Shown one piece after another: positions 27,479 through 41,311 of a stretch of DNA of 55,725 nt. Under the pieces are notes generated by a model. It was not told the DNA's origin. It ran no database searches and worked only from the letters and a program-made list of their open reading frames with translations. The stretch covers positions 182,439,115 to 182,494,839 of the forward strand of contig NC_068982.1 of the NCBI RefSeq assembly GCF_001194135.2, written 5' to 3'. This stretch comes from Octopus bimaculoides. Lineage: Eukaryota. Each line of letters begins with the position of its first letter. The stretch's first letter is position 1. Position numbers and translations under genes: made by a program.

Positions 27479-29544
27479 ATTCTCTGTGTGTTTATACATG
27501 TACATGCAGGCTTATATGATACATGTACATGTTTATGCACATATGATTATGTGTACATCTAAAATATATATTTAAACATACGTGTGTATATGTATTTTTG
27601 TGTGTCTGTGCGCACGTGTGCGTGTATGAGTCACATTTCTAAAACAACATCCGGACTGTATAAATATAAAACCACGACATGAACAATTGTGTTCATTAAA
27701 ACATTATGATATAAGGTCTTGATTAGCTAATTTAGCCGTATGTATATTTTTTTGTATATTTGTGCGTAGGTTTTCCTGCGTAATTAATTGTGTTTAGTTT
27801 ACTTACATATGAGTATGCGTTTACCATCTTTCTACATGTGTAGCTTTGCACATGATTAAGAAATGTGTGTGTTTGAAATTAAGTGAAATTGTCTCTTTTA
27901 TGCATTTAAATGAACTTTAAAAAGAAAAAAACGAAATAATGTTTAGCTGGCTTTCAGGCTGTTCAGTTAATTAATTTGCCTCCGAGACTGATACGCTGTA
28001 TGTACGTATGTATGTATGTATGTATGTATGTATGTATGTATGTATGTATGTATGTATGTATATATATATATATATNNNNNNNNNNNNNNNNNNNNNNNNN
28101 NNNNNNNNNNNNNNNNNNNNNNNNNNNNNNNNNNNNNNNNNNNNNNNNNNNNNNNNNNNNNNNNNNNNNNNNNNNNNNNNNNNNNNNNNNNNNNNNNNNN
28201 NNNNNNNNNNNNNNNNNNNNNNNNNNNNNNNNNNNNNNNNNNNNNNNNNNNNNNNNNNNNNNNNNNNNNNNNNNNNNNNNNNNNNNNNNNNNNNNNNNNN
28301 NNNNNNNNNNNNNNNNNNNNNNNNNNNNTTATATATATATATAACAGAAACGAAATAAAAACAATACTTATGATGTTGATAATAATAATGGCAATAATAA
28401 TGAAAATAGTAATTATGTTGATAATAGATTAGAAAAATAACATTTAATTTTGTTAATAAGTTATTGTTGATGATAGCACATTTTATCTTCGACTTTTGTT
28501 TCACCTTTCTTTATTATAGTCTTCTTAATTTACTTTATATGTTTTATTGATTTTTTTAAAATATTTTTTCCTCCTGCAGAAATGAAAATATTCCACTTTG
28601 ATAAATATATTAACCTGAATGTGTTTTTTTTTGCTTTTTTTATTATCATTTTATTGACATTTCTTTGCATTTATCGCTGATTTTATTTCATGACTTGTAT
28701 TTGTTTAATTAGACTGAAAGTAACTGCATTAAGAAAAATACATCACAATGCGACAGAAATGACCACAATTTACGATTCCATCGGGCGATTAAGTGAAAGA
28801 ATGTTTCTAAAATTAGTTGATGCCATCCGTTTATGAGTAATTCTGTGTTCAACGCCAGAAGATAAGAACGCTATTTTATAGCATTTTATATTTGAGAAGT
28901 TTTTGTTCAAGCATACAATCTCTTTCGTTTCAATATATTTTTTTTGTGTAAATTTCACTTTTTGCAATTATGGTACAGATGATGAAGATGAAGTTGATTG
29001 CAGCAATGTTTGTGGTGTTGGTTATGATAGTGTTGGTATTATTCTTGGTCGTGTATATGTTTGGTAGTGATGTTTATTCTAAAAACGATGGAGAAATACA
29101 TTTATAATAATTTCTTCATTTCTTTTTTACCATCCAATCAGTCGTACTTTGTTATTGAAAACGTTCTAATGAGTTTTAGTGACAATGGTATTGCTTGTTT
29201 TGGCTTGTTCGGTGTTGTTTGGTGGTTTGGGGTTTTTTGGTGTTTGGATTATGATAGTATTAACAAAGGAGATAATTAGAAAGAATTATAAAGTTTCTTC
29301 AGATTGACATAATACATGTTTGTAAAACAAAGTTATGATTTATTGATGTGGCTCCCATGTCGTCCAGTATAGTTTTCTATCTCATGATTTCCTGAGATGA
29401 CACCTACTTAAACATGATGTTGCTTGTATAAAAGATTGAGGAGAGAATATTAAAACAGAATCATCCAAGTAATGACTTGGTGGGTGGTTGATGAACTTTA
29501 TACGGAACATCATTCAAATATGGAGATTATTCGAAGATATAGGC

Positions 29545-29722
29545 ACAATACCTGAAATTTGGGGGAAGGATGCTAGTCGATAACATGGACCCCAACGCTT
29601 GACTGGTACTTATTTTATCAACTACGAAAGGATGAAAGGTAAAGTCGACCTCGGTGAAATTTAAACTTAGAATGCAACGACAGACGAAGTGCTGCTAAGC
29701 AATTTGTTCGGTGTGTTAACGA
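29545..29722 (-). mobile_element. Short tRNA-derived SINE (third family)
   Basis: Reverse complement matches the plus copies at 44656, 44876 and 53091 (GAGGTCGACTTT.CCTTTCATCCTTTCG...GATAAAATAAGTACCAG). Confidence 0.8.
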
Positions 29723-29974
29723 TATGGCCAGCTAGCCCCCTTGAGAACGATTACTATCGTTATAAGCTTATCAGATGCCAAGGCATTGCAGTTGTTTATG
29801 TTAAATATATAAATTTCATCGAAAATCTCAAAAAAGGAGAGCCTATGAAGTACGAATACATGACATGGCTAATTTACTTTTCCTCCTCTTGCAGTCTCTA
29901 AGTACGGTTTTGTCTACCAGGATTTAATCCTGGGACCTCTGTAGTTACGCTTCAAACCCTACTGCTCATGTAGG

Positions 29975-30522
29975 GCTGTAGCCAGCCCACTTATGCGAAC
30001 CTTCCTTCATTGGACACTAAACTTCGCTTGCGATGACCTATTGAGGTAAGTGAAATCGAAATCGAACTAAATTCGACGATTGGCACCCATGCCAACGTCG
30101 TCTCCATCATTGGACACTAAACTCGGCTTCCGAAGACTTGTTGGGGCAAGCAAAAGCGAAATCGTGATTGCACTTGTGCCCAGCGTCGCGTTCCTGGCAC
30201 TTGTGCCGGTGGCACGTGTAAAGACATTCGAGCGAGATCGTTGCCAGTGCCGCTGGACTGGCTCCTGTGCAGGTGGCACGTAAAATACACCATTTTGAGT
30301 GTGGCCGTTGCCAGTACCGCCTGACTGGCCTTCGTGCCGGTGGCACGTAAAAACACCCACTACATTCTCGGAGTGGTTAACGTTAGGAAGAGCATCCAGC
30401 TGTAGAAACTCTGCCAAATCATATTGGAGTCTGGTGTAGCCATTTGGTTCACCAGTCTTCAGTCAAATCGTCCAACCCATGCTAGCATGGAAAGCGGACG
30501 TTAAACTATGGTGATGATGATT
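29975..30522 (+). mobile_element. GC-rich SINE/LINE 3'-tail element with internal tandem units and (GAT)n end
   Basis: Two ~100-bp units (30003, 30103), three ~65-bp GTGC(C/A)GGTGGCACGT units (30203, 30267, 30334), AGGAAGAGCATCCAGCTGTAGAAAC core, ends CGTTAAAC..GGTGATGATGAT. Confidence 0.75.
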
Positions 30523-32310
30523 GTTTAGGCAGAAGGTAAACATATAAGATTCCAATACGTCGTGAGTAAGATCCAATTGTTTTTAAGATTAGTCTATGCT
30601 TTTGTAAAACCATGATTAAGATTCCAATACCCAATGAGTAAAGTCCAACAGTCTTTGGAATTGGTCATTCCAAATACAGAGTTTATACACAGTGTACCGT
30701 GTATACATACAAATTGTGACCTCTAGCAATTTTGCCTCTATATATATGTATATGTATGTATATAAGTAGGTAGGTAGGTAGGTAGGTACGTACGTACGTA
30801 CGTACGTATGTACTTATTTATGGTATGATATGTGGATTGCACGGAAGAAAGGATTTCACCAGTACGTGAACCATTAGTATGCTTTGATTAAGATTTTTTT
30901 CTGTTATTGCTTTCACAACGTTAAACCTATATCAAATATATTCAAAATTAATGTTTACTTTGTTTTATTAAAAATCTTGAGTTAAAGAGAATTGTGGATA
31001 ACACATTTTTTCAACTTGCCCAAGCATTAACATGTATTCTTAACTATCAATCATACTTTTATAAATCTTCGCTAAACTTAATACTCGTTCGGTGTCTCAA
31101 AGTACACCGATATGCATTGAATTTCAACGATAGATCTTCATAGATAACAACACACAACACACAACATACACATGCACACGTATTCATACTCGCACGCACA
31201 CACACACACGTCTGAAAGAAAAGTTTAGGAAAGTATGTTATTAGTGAGGTACTATTTATTTTATTAGATATACGAAATTTCCCTGCATCTTTAGATAATG
31301 GCTACATACATTATTCTAAAGGTATTAAAGCAGGTTTGTCTTAATTTATCTTGTCGGAGCGTATGTTGTATATCGTGATGCAATATAGATTAATATTTCA
31401 GTATACAGCCGTCTATATTATAAGAATTATAGATATTCACGTCAATGCATTTATCAGTGACGTAGGTCTATCCTTGTCTGGTTATATCAAGTGTCTGTTG
31501 TGTTTGTTTAGTCTCAGCTAGAATCATCTTAGTGTGAGGATAAAAATGACATTTTAGTGATTTATCAGAATTACGTCTAATTATGCCCATCCTGGTGTGG
31601 TTTTTGTTTCTGATATTGTCAGTGGTAGGTTGAGGCCAACACTGATTGAGTAAACTTATGATGGATATTGTTCCATCTGTGTTGTTAGCTACATTGTTTG
31701 CAAGGTTACGTTATCCATTTCTTCTTACTTTGGGGCGAAGATCAGTGACTGCCACCACTTTTTAGGGATCTAATTTCTAAGTTCTGGAGGCGCTGGAGAC
31801 CTTGTTTTAATACTTGCATACCAGATAGAAACTTCACGGGTTACGTGGTGTTTTTAAACTGGATGGCGATTAACTACCACCCGATAAATATCCGCGATCC
31901 TCCTCCATTTGCTCAGACGCTCCAGTCTTTCCAGACATATCCCAATGTTCTTAGACATTTTCTAGCTTTTCCTGAAAAACTCTAGTTTATCTGAAAATAC
32001 TTCAGGTTTTCAAAAACAGTCTGCTTCGTTATATGCTCGATATTTTCTAGAAACACTTGTTTCTCCATAGATATTCCAGTTATGCCTAATAAACTCAGTT
32101 TTATTTTTTTATTAATCTAGTGCCATTTAGTGAACGAGATTTCTTTTAATGTTCATTGCCATATTGGTCAATTGAATACAGGAGTTATATATATTTGCAT
32201 ATATGTATGTTTGCATGGTGTATGTGTGCGTGTGTNNNNNNNNNNNNNNNNNNNNNNNNNNNNNNNNNNNNNNNNNNNNNNNNNNNNNNNNNNNNNNNNN
32301 NNNNNNNNNN

Positions 32311-32381
<71 letters not shown>

Positions 32382-34339
32382 ACCCCATTGAGGTTGCTGC
32401 TAGATGGACATTGGTTTGTCATGTATAGTCCACAACATTTCCCCAAACCGAAAACTTACTATTCAAAAGAAAATACAAATTGCCAAAATATTTGATCTGC
32501 CGAAGCAGAATTGGTCATGGAGCTGATGCGCACTAACACAAGTAACAACAACAAGCAGTCTACGTTAAGGAGATATTTTTGTGAAGTTGTGTAACTAAAA
32601 TTTTTGTGGTTCTCTCTAATATAATTATTTTGTTCAGCTACTAATCCTTACTTTAAAACAGCATATCATTCTTTCAACTAATATATTAATGCGATTTATG
32701 CTATATTTGATATTTATTCGTATTCTCAGTACCATTGAAATACGCTAATAATATTACTGTAAGATTTTCACTCATTTTCTCAAACTCGTATCCTAATTGG
32801 TAATTCATTCTTCGATATTGCATTTAATTTTTTTTCGTTAGTTGTAGTTCTTTAGTTTCAATATATTATCTAATATATTATAATCCATCTCTTTCAAGCA
32901 AGCATCGCATCTGAAACATAAATTTGCAATAAGGTTTCCAGCTGCTTATAATCTTTCCTTGAACGTTTCAAGTTAATTACATACAAAATATGATTTATTA
33001 CTATGCCAGAATATGTGTATGCTCATCCAACCAGTTTAATATAATAATCAGAGCTGCTTCGGCCTAGTAGAATAGTAGCAGTAAAAGTGTATTACCTTGA
33101 TATATGCCTCTAATAAGGCAAAAAAGAAATCATATTTTTGTATTTATCTAACATTCTTCTGGAAGTATAATATGCTAAACGTACTTAATAAAGTCTGGTG
33201 ATACGTTTTTTTTTCATACACTTTTCGCCCACATTCCCTATATGTAATTTGATGGTCTATTTAGAGCACAGCAATGGATTCTCTGTAGTTGCTTTACTTT
33301 CTAGAATTAGCAATCAAAATCCCTTTAAATCTCATGCTTTCTTCACTAGGGAAGACATATATAAACCATACATATCGTAAAAAGTGTAGGATAGTTCCGA
33401 TTAGTATACTTCTGAATTTAGGTCTGCTTGAATAAGGGTGACCCAGATTTTAAAAAGAAATACAAGAACAGCATTCTTAGAATGTTCTTTCCAGTTCTAC
33501 TTTCTTCATAAAACAGCCATACTCTACAAGAGCAATGAAATAGCACATCTGCTAAGATATATTTCTCTTCCTGTCTACACAAGCTAATTGATCTTATGAA
33601 TGTCTATGTTATTAAAAGACAGATGATAGATTTGAGGAGTTGTAGTATTTTTTTAATTTTGTTAAATCTATTCTCTTTTTCGACAAATCAATTATTTACT
33701 ACCAACTATCGGAAATTACACCTGAAATACCAGTAAATACATAGTATGCAGTTTCGAATATTTTCGCGAGATGTTAGTGGGTTATTGAGGCAAAGGTGAT
33801 AGTTAGTAATATAAGAACTTCTGCTGCTATTGTTATTGTGGTTCATTTTATTATAGCGAATGTTTTGCGGTTTTTGTAAATGTTCTTTGTTGTTATTGTC
33901 AAACCTGGTTGAAGAGATTGTTGATCTTATGTATTCTAGCTATGATTCTATCGCGTTTTGAGGGACAATTTAGTTCCGACTACAATATTCAATGTATTCT
34001 GTTTTGTTGTTTTTTCCTTTGTTTGTCTGCTTATTTTATGATTTTGGTTTTGGTCTTGTGGAGGTGTTCTCAAACACATCACTGCGTGATTCTAGAGTAT
34101 TTCGTTTTTCGATTTCAATAAGCAAATGTATATTCTAAAAATATATCTGTATCTAGCTGTGATTTTGTTTCATTGGATTCTTTTCACTGGTTTGGTCTGT
34201 AGGAAGATGCACTATACATGTCCTTCGCAGATCATGATACGATGCCCTTAAATCAATACAGTTAATGATATCTGCAAAACAAAGGCAAATGAACATATGC
34301 AGAAAAAAAAACATACACGACTATGAACCATCAAAAGAA

Positions 34340-34520
34340 TGACTCAACAGAGTAATTAGAGAGCTACCTGGGAGGGAATGCGTTTTATAAATGACGTAAC
34401 GATGTGAAAAGAGTCGGCTGCTAGTGATTGAGTGGGGATGATCTGAAAGAATCCACCTCCAAGAAACAAAGTCTAATGTAGTAGTCATGGAAACGACAAA
34501 GGGTGAATACAGTACGCCTC
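34340..34520 (+). mobile_element. Possible old RTE LINE C-terminal remnant
   Basis: RCEKSRLLVIEWG*SERIHLQET loosely resembles ...V.G.R.RGRPRKTW. Confidence 0.25.
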
Positions 34521-35879
34521 TGGTCCACACTCAGGAGTATGATTGTGGACAACTTTAGGGCAGTAAAAAACGGTCAGCATTCATCCCTGTTTCCATTACA
34601 GAAGCAATATCTCATTTTGCTTGTGATTTACATTCGTAGAAAATTAGTTATTGAAAGGATGAAGTATTTTGTGAATGCTTTTGCTACATTGTTTAATGCA
34701 CAACGTATTTTCTTCACTTTGAACCAGGAGTGATTGATCATAAGCATTTACCAATTTTGATCACATATATCATTGCTAGATTTTCTTGTTTTATCTTTTA
34801 TTACCTCTGTAAAATGTTTGTAATGTTATACATTTTGTAGAATCCGATTCTCTATGTCTAATTTCTTTGTTATTTATTCATGTATCATATCCTGTTATTT
34901 GAAACATTTATAGTCTTGTATTCAGTATATTTTTCTCACTAATATATATATCACCGAATAATTGTGACTGTTCTAAAGAGAACATGTTTCATTTATTATG
35001 TATCAATCGATTATTTCTTTCTCTCTCAGCATCAATTAGTTCTTTCTTTATCAATATTATACTAAGATAGTTTTGCCATTACAGTTTTGCATGAATCCTC
35101 TGGAATAGATTTGTTTTGTCTAGAGGAAAGTTTTGTCAGATTATTGCAATATTCCTTCATTTAGATCAATAAGACGTTCTTACATTACTCCAATGATTTG
35201 GCGGGACTTTGGAATATTTTCTCTCTTTAATCTCCATGTACATATTTGTGTATTTCGATATTGTATTTTTGATATATTTGTAATATATAGCTTTTCATTG
35301 TTTATTTTGCTAACAATATGCATAATGTAGAACAGAAAATAAAAGACAATCAGCAAGGAAAGGAAGCTTGTTGCAAATTATTCAACTAACAGTTACCTAT
35401 AAAACGCAGACAACAAATACATATTCATCCAACTAAACAATATAAGAAAAGACTACCGTTGTATTACGTTTATCAAGAACTCTGGGATACTCATTCATTT
35501 TAATTTAACATCAATTTTTCTAAGAACATCGCTTTCCTTGAGAAGAAGTTTTTGGTTTCTAATCTTCTGTTTCAGGAATGTTTAGAAAATTCTCCACTGG
35601 ATCTCTTTTTGATCTCATATCTGCCTAAAGTACGTACCTCTCAATATGTAAATATCTAAGCAGTGTAAAGCTAAATGTTATGTACCCGTAGAATTTTTGT
35701 CGTTTTGTTTTTCATCATTTTATGTAGAGGGGAATTATGCCTCTACATATACATGCGCATATGGTTAGTGACGCGGTTAGAAGCTTCGTCGAGGTGGTTA
35801 AACCTACTTCCTAACCATTGCAAGTCGACTGCAAAAGAAATAACATAAAAGTCGAAGAACTCCATGACATAGAGCTAAG

Positions 35880-36330
35880 TAAAGCAGCTAGTGTGATCCA
35901 GGGCAAAAGGCACTATATTGCCTGATGTACGAACAATAGACGAGCGAGTCAAAGATGTCTGACTGGAGACAGCTCAAGACAATATACACAGACTGTGGTA
36001 TCAGCAGTATACGATTCAGAGAGAATATAAAGTGTACATTCATAGACATGAATCTGTTCATAAGCGACACTAAAATGATCAGTCGAGTAGCCATCTTTTG
36101 GATGCAATCTAAGATGCCTCTGTGTGTAACAGCAGCGCCATCCCGTCCTAGATACGATGGCAATATGCTATTGTACAAAGACTGATGTATTTTCTAGCCC
36201 AGAGAAGGAAAGGCTAATTTTCACATTCAGTCTTCGTCGTGCTGTGTAAATGCGTTCAGGATCAGTGAGTTTCAATTTCGTCAAGCTATTCATAGGTTTC
36301 CAACAGCTGACCGTGCAACTACTATAACTA
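35880..36330 (-). mobile_element. Decayed CR1/L2-like LINE 3' end
   Basis: SLYNSILP...ILDCIQKMATRLI...FSLNRILL...QSVYIVLSCL matches the CR1 LERVQRRATRMI...L.LFSLE.RRLRGDLI.VYKIL pattern. Confidence 0.6.
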
Positions 36331-37734
36331 CTCGTTCATTCGATCTCTAGCAATAGTCAATCTCGACAAAATATATGATGCAGAGTAAAGTTCCAAATTT
36401 ATGTATATATTGCGATTCTTTAAGTAAATTTCCGCTAGGAATATTGTTTTATCTGCGTTCAGTTATGCGGGACGCATATTTGCTTTAGCCAAAAGAGAAA
36501 CCTATCCCTTTATTTATATGTAGTAGAAATACATAAAATTCATAATCACAGAAACATGATTTGGGGATTTTCATTCTATATTTGATATACTAGTGAACTA
36601 AAAGGGTTACTTTCATTAATTTATATCAAAAGTGACTATGCTCACTGAAACGGAGATTTATAATTTAGGGAAATTGCTTTGATAAATAGTTCCAGATATT
36701 GCATTTAGCTAAACAGTGATACATTATATAAGCTACATTAGTGTAACCTCTCGGTCAAGCGACGTGATATCTAAAGAAAGTTCATATTTCCTCTACTTCT
36801 TCTTTCTTCTATGAATATTAGATTTCGTCTGCCAACCGTATTTCTATAATCGATGATAGGTCAATAGCTGAACGTGACCAGATCGGTTATTTGTACCTTG
36901 TAGACTAATTACACAAGTGTAAAAGTCATTGTCTCTAACCGACCAGTTCGTGACCTATTGACAAATTATCACATAGTCATGTTGATGCAATCCAAATTAA
37001 GAAGAAAAAGTAGACCATATCACTGCAATGAAAGAGAATTTATATACGAAATCTGAAGGGTAATAGCACGTGTTTAATAACATAACGTTGATAATAATTC
37101 AAATAATAAAGTCTGTATGGTGAAGGTATTTAAGAAATACAAAACCGAGTAAATGAATCGGATTATAATTTTTCATGTTTCACATATGGTGGTTCAGAGT
37201 TCAAATATTCAAGTGAGTGTTGAATAATCGAATGTTACCAGAATTTCACTTCTACCATAATAAAACTGCGGTAGAGTAAATTTATTGTAGGTATTTACCG
37301 CCAAGTATTGATCGAACTATTGTTGCCACGAAAATTAGATAAGTTACTGTAATCTACAATGATTGTGAGTAAACGACCTCTAGGTTAATGAAATCGTTTA
37401 TTTTAAACGCGTGAAACAATAGTTAAAGTATACCTCATATCTCTCTTGCTGAAAAATGTCAAATGAAGCAATCTTAAATATTATACAAGTTATGCAATGT
37501 ATCAACTAATGGATTACTGTGGCTAAGGACTAGCATGAACACACCACACTGTGGTTTATATCATTTGCATCAGTGCATAAGTGTTAGTAGTGTGTCAACT
37601 AAATTCACAGAACGTGGCAATGTGCATGCGGTTGTGTGTGTGCGCGTGTGCGCGTGTTTATGTGTTTGTGTGTGTGCGCCAGTGCGTGTATGTGCATGTG
37701 TGTGTAGGGATAAATTATAAGTAAATTTACATAC

Positions 37735-37938
37735 CTAAAAAATGCATGAGCTCGCAGAAAAAAATGCTTCACATCTTTCTCATACCAGTTTCCACAAAAT
37801 GGCGTTAACCTGCTTACTCCCTTTGTAGAATTGATATGGACTACACGGTGTTGATGAGATGGCGAAGACCAGAGAATATGAAAGGAGCTGTTCGCAAATC
37901 CGTTCTGAGTAGAAAGACTGTTGTTCAACTGCACGTCT
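37735..37938 (-). CDS. Candidate phase 2-2 exon (DVQLNNSL...RVVHINSTKGVSRLTPFCGNWYEKDVKHFFLRAHAFF), CUB-second-half-like
   Basis: 204 nt open; acceptor CTCTACTCTGTAAAG, strong donor TAG|GTATGT; FCG followed 17 residues later by F(R/S), as in BMP1 CUB1. Confidence 0.35.
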
Positions 37939-38091
37939 CTTTACAGAGTAGAGTCGAAATGATAATTATTAAATATACGGACGTAAAATTATTAGAATTA
38001 TATAGATAGATACAAACACACATGTAAATATATGTAAATGAATATATTCATGTATACATGTATAAGTATATACGCTCATGTGTCTATATAC

Positions 38092-38185
38092 ATGCATATA
38101 AATAGGCAAACATGGCGGACATCGCGATGTGCAGAGGATCGTTTAAAAGGTATTTTTGAACATTCTTCATTGCAACAATAGGGAC
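38092..38185 (-). CDS. Candidate phase 1-2 exon (PYCCNEECSKIPFKRSSAHRDVRHVCLFIC)
   Basis: Strong acceptor TTCTATGCTTCTTCAG, weak donor AT|GTATAT; phase compatible with 37938. Confidence 0.2.
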
Positions 38186-39419
38186 CTGAAGAAGCATAGA
38201 ACGGTAAATGGTTTATTTGGGTCTTCTTTTACGAGTAAGAGGAACAATTTTATACATATCAACTAAGCGTTATTCATGCCAAATATACAATACTTATTTT
38301 CACACATGTAGAATTTCGCTTCTGCGAGCATAGTGAACATTGTAAAAACAATACGACTAATATTGCCATGAACACCACTACAGTACGTGTAAGATATCTT
38401 GGAAAACATGTGTATCCTTTCATTTCATATTGTCTTTCTAGTTAAGAAAGGATGTTCTTTGATACTCTGAAAAATAGACCCACGAAGATCCCACTATCAC
38501 ATACAAAAAGTGGTTAAAATACACCTTTTCTATTTTCTATCCGGTTATTTCTGTGTTCCTCTTTGTCGAAGAGCCTAGGCTCGAAATGTAAAATACATTT
38601 TCACTTCCCGAGCGTTAAACTAATACATCTGTTTGTTGTTTACACACCCGTCTTCGTCTTTCGTTTTTTTTTGGGGGGGGGGAGTTCTCACTATATATAT
38701 ATATATATATATTCACACACACACACACAAGAGGGTCAGTTAATTATGAGTGTATTCAAAATATTTTCCTCTCAGATTCACAGACTTATTGCAGCGGTCC
38801 TTCATTTTTTCTAAGCCCTATAAAAGAACTCGGGGTGCTGTAGCACCAACTAGGCCGTTCCTGATACCCTTATAGCCAGTAATGCTTCACCACTCCTTCG
38901 TACGCATTTAAAAACAGCAGAAAGTTGCAAGTTCAAAACAATTTTGCCACGTTCTATAATCTGTCTTTAATCAACATGAAATACATAGATACAAATATAT
39001 CAGTACAAGGAATATTGCTGGAACATCCCAAGAAAGCTACTTTCAAAGGCAGACATATCAAACTTGCTATTCATATTCGAGATAGAAAAGTTATACAGAT
39101 AAGACATGCATTTATGAAGATAATGTTTCCTGAAAATCTCATTCAAAATCATCTAGGAGGACAAGTGCTTCGAAATCTGCAAATCTTCTACCCCAATTAT
39201 AAATTTACATTCATATCAATAATTATTTGTATATTTTGGTTACGTTTCTAAACGCCTAAGCAACAATCTTGAGAAACTAGTTTATCCTAGCAAAGAAACA
39301 ATCCGTAAGTGGAGCAGTAAAAACATGCATGATTTTCTTGATGTTCGATAAGTTAAAATTATCGTTGCTTTTATCCAAATTTCAATTAGTGAGCTTTTGT
39401 TTGGGTTACAGCTAATATT

Positions 39420-39830
39420 CTACTCAATACCACTGATTTGCTCGTTAGTTGTTTGACTTTTACAATTTGAGCATGCCCGTTGGGGAGCATCATAGCCATA
39501 TGTTGAGAGGAAGTCTTTGGGATTTGAATAATTCACCTCTGAAGACATGTGTGTTTCTTTCAACACCCTTCAACAACCCTCATTCAGGGACCTTTTGCGC
39601 GGGAAACGGCTACTCGACCTGCAGAAAATTCTAACTCGGACCCACTTGCACGGTTATACGGTGTTTATTTTGATATACCACCATCTGGTGCACATATCGT
39701 TATGATACATGTGCCTGATGTACCCTTAACAGACGGGTAGTTATGATGGGTATACTGGGTTTCGTATATTTTACCCCAGTGTCACTGCGATGGCATGCAC
39801 TTCTCTCTCGCTCAATAATAATGATAATAC
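39420..39830 (+). mobile_element. Interspersed repeat (probable LINE/SINE 3' end) ending in (AAT)n
   Basis: GC-richer block ending CTCTCTCGCTC-AATAATAATGATAAT; no ORF. Confidence 0.4.
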
Positions 39831-40139
39831 AATCACCAGTCGGAACAATACTGGAGTAGGAGAAAGGTAAGATTGTTTTGGACTTGCCTATACAAACGGA
39901 CAGAAAGTTAGAAAATAATAGATCGGACATAACATAGATTAGTTCAAGAGAATTACTTACTAATCGACCCATCATGCTCGTTTGATTCCAGGATCGTAAA
40001 GAAAGTATAAGAAAGGTAAAACAAAAAGTAAAATTCCTTAAAATTTGAAATAGGAAGAATTTGGAGCATGGTATCAATACAGGTCATGCCTTTAATAATT
40101 GACGCGGTGGGAAGAGTAAGCAAAGATATCGACAAATAG

Positions 40140-40985
40140 CTGAAGAAGACAGGGTTTTTTTCTAAGGATGTGGGCAGTACTTGTCAGCACAATCTTTTGG
40201 ATTTCTCGGAGATATGTTTCTCCTGGAAAATTATCTAGATGTTTCTGACATCCCTTTCTTATCGTACCAAGGGCAACCACAATAAGGGGAACAGTTCTCG
40301 CTTTAAGATGCCATATCTTTTGTATTTCAATTTCCAGGTCCTTATATTTATTTAATTTGTCAAATTCCTTTACAGATATATTTTTGTCAGTGGGAACACT
40401 TACATCTATTAGTCTACAAGTATTGTGTTCCCTGTCTTTAATGACAATATCTGATCGATTAACCTGGTTTGTTCTGTCGGTGTTGAATGGAAAACTCCCG
40501 AGGATAGTTACATTTTTACCTTCAAAGACTGGCTCAAGATGATATTTATACCAGTAAACAGCAGTGCTAATTTTGTGGTGTTTACATATTTTCCAATGTA
40601 AACACTTGTTCTATTTTTTAGCAGATTTGGTTTTATAATGTCGACATATTAACCAGCGTCGATATTGGGCAATTCTGCCATGCTTTGATTTATACTCCAT
40701 GGGTGCTAAACATTTGCACCCAGAGATTAGGTACTTCACTGTTTCAATTTTATCGCTGCAGTATCGACACTTTGGGTCTACTCCATTTTTCATCACATGG
40801 GCTTGTTAGTTTCGGGTTTATAAGCTCTAATCTTTGGCAGCTAAGATGAAGACTTCACTTTCTCCCTTTATCCCTGAGCTCCATAGCCACTGATGGGTGT
40901 GCTTCCGGTCTACATCAGCTTGTTTACTACAGGCGACATACTTGCCATGCACAGGTTTTTGCTCCAATCACTCAGCCAATTGTGA
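40140..40985 (-). mobile_element. R4/Dong-like non-LTR retrotransposon 3' fragment (CCHC plus RLE endonuclease)
   Basis: QKPVHGKY...DVDRKHTHQWL...CRYCSDKIETVKYLISGCKCLAPMEYKSKH; VALGTIRKG...EIQKIVLTSTAHILRK. Confidence 0.85.
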
Positions 40986-40999
40986 AAATGTTTTTTCCT

Positions 41000-41117
41000 T
41001 TGCCATTTTTATTATTATTGTTGTTGTATTTGTTGTTGTTTCTTGTTGTTTATTGCTATTGTTGTTGTTGTTTCTTGTTTATTTCTATTGTTGTTGTTGT
41101 TGTTGTTATTAATATTA

Positions 41118-41155
<38 letters not shown>

Positions 41156-41195
41156 GCAGTATGACTTGGCTCGAGAGAGTGAGAGAGCGAGAAAG

Positions 41196-41263
<68 letters not shown>

Positions 41264-41265
41264 GG
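41000..41265. repeat. (TTG)n/(TTA)n then (GA)n/(GATA)n arrays
   Basis: Direct. Confidence 0.95.
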
Positions 41266-41280
41266 ATAATGAATATACAG

Positions 41281-41311
<31 letters not shown>

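Noticed and set aside
31720-32100. Possible solo LTR with repeated TTCTAGA/TTCCAGA motifs
   Set aside because: No clear TG..CA termini or TSD found.
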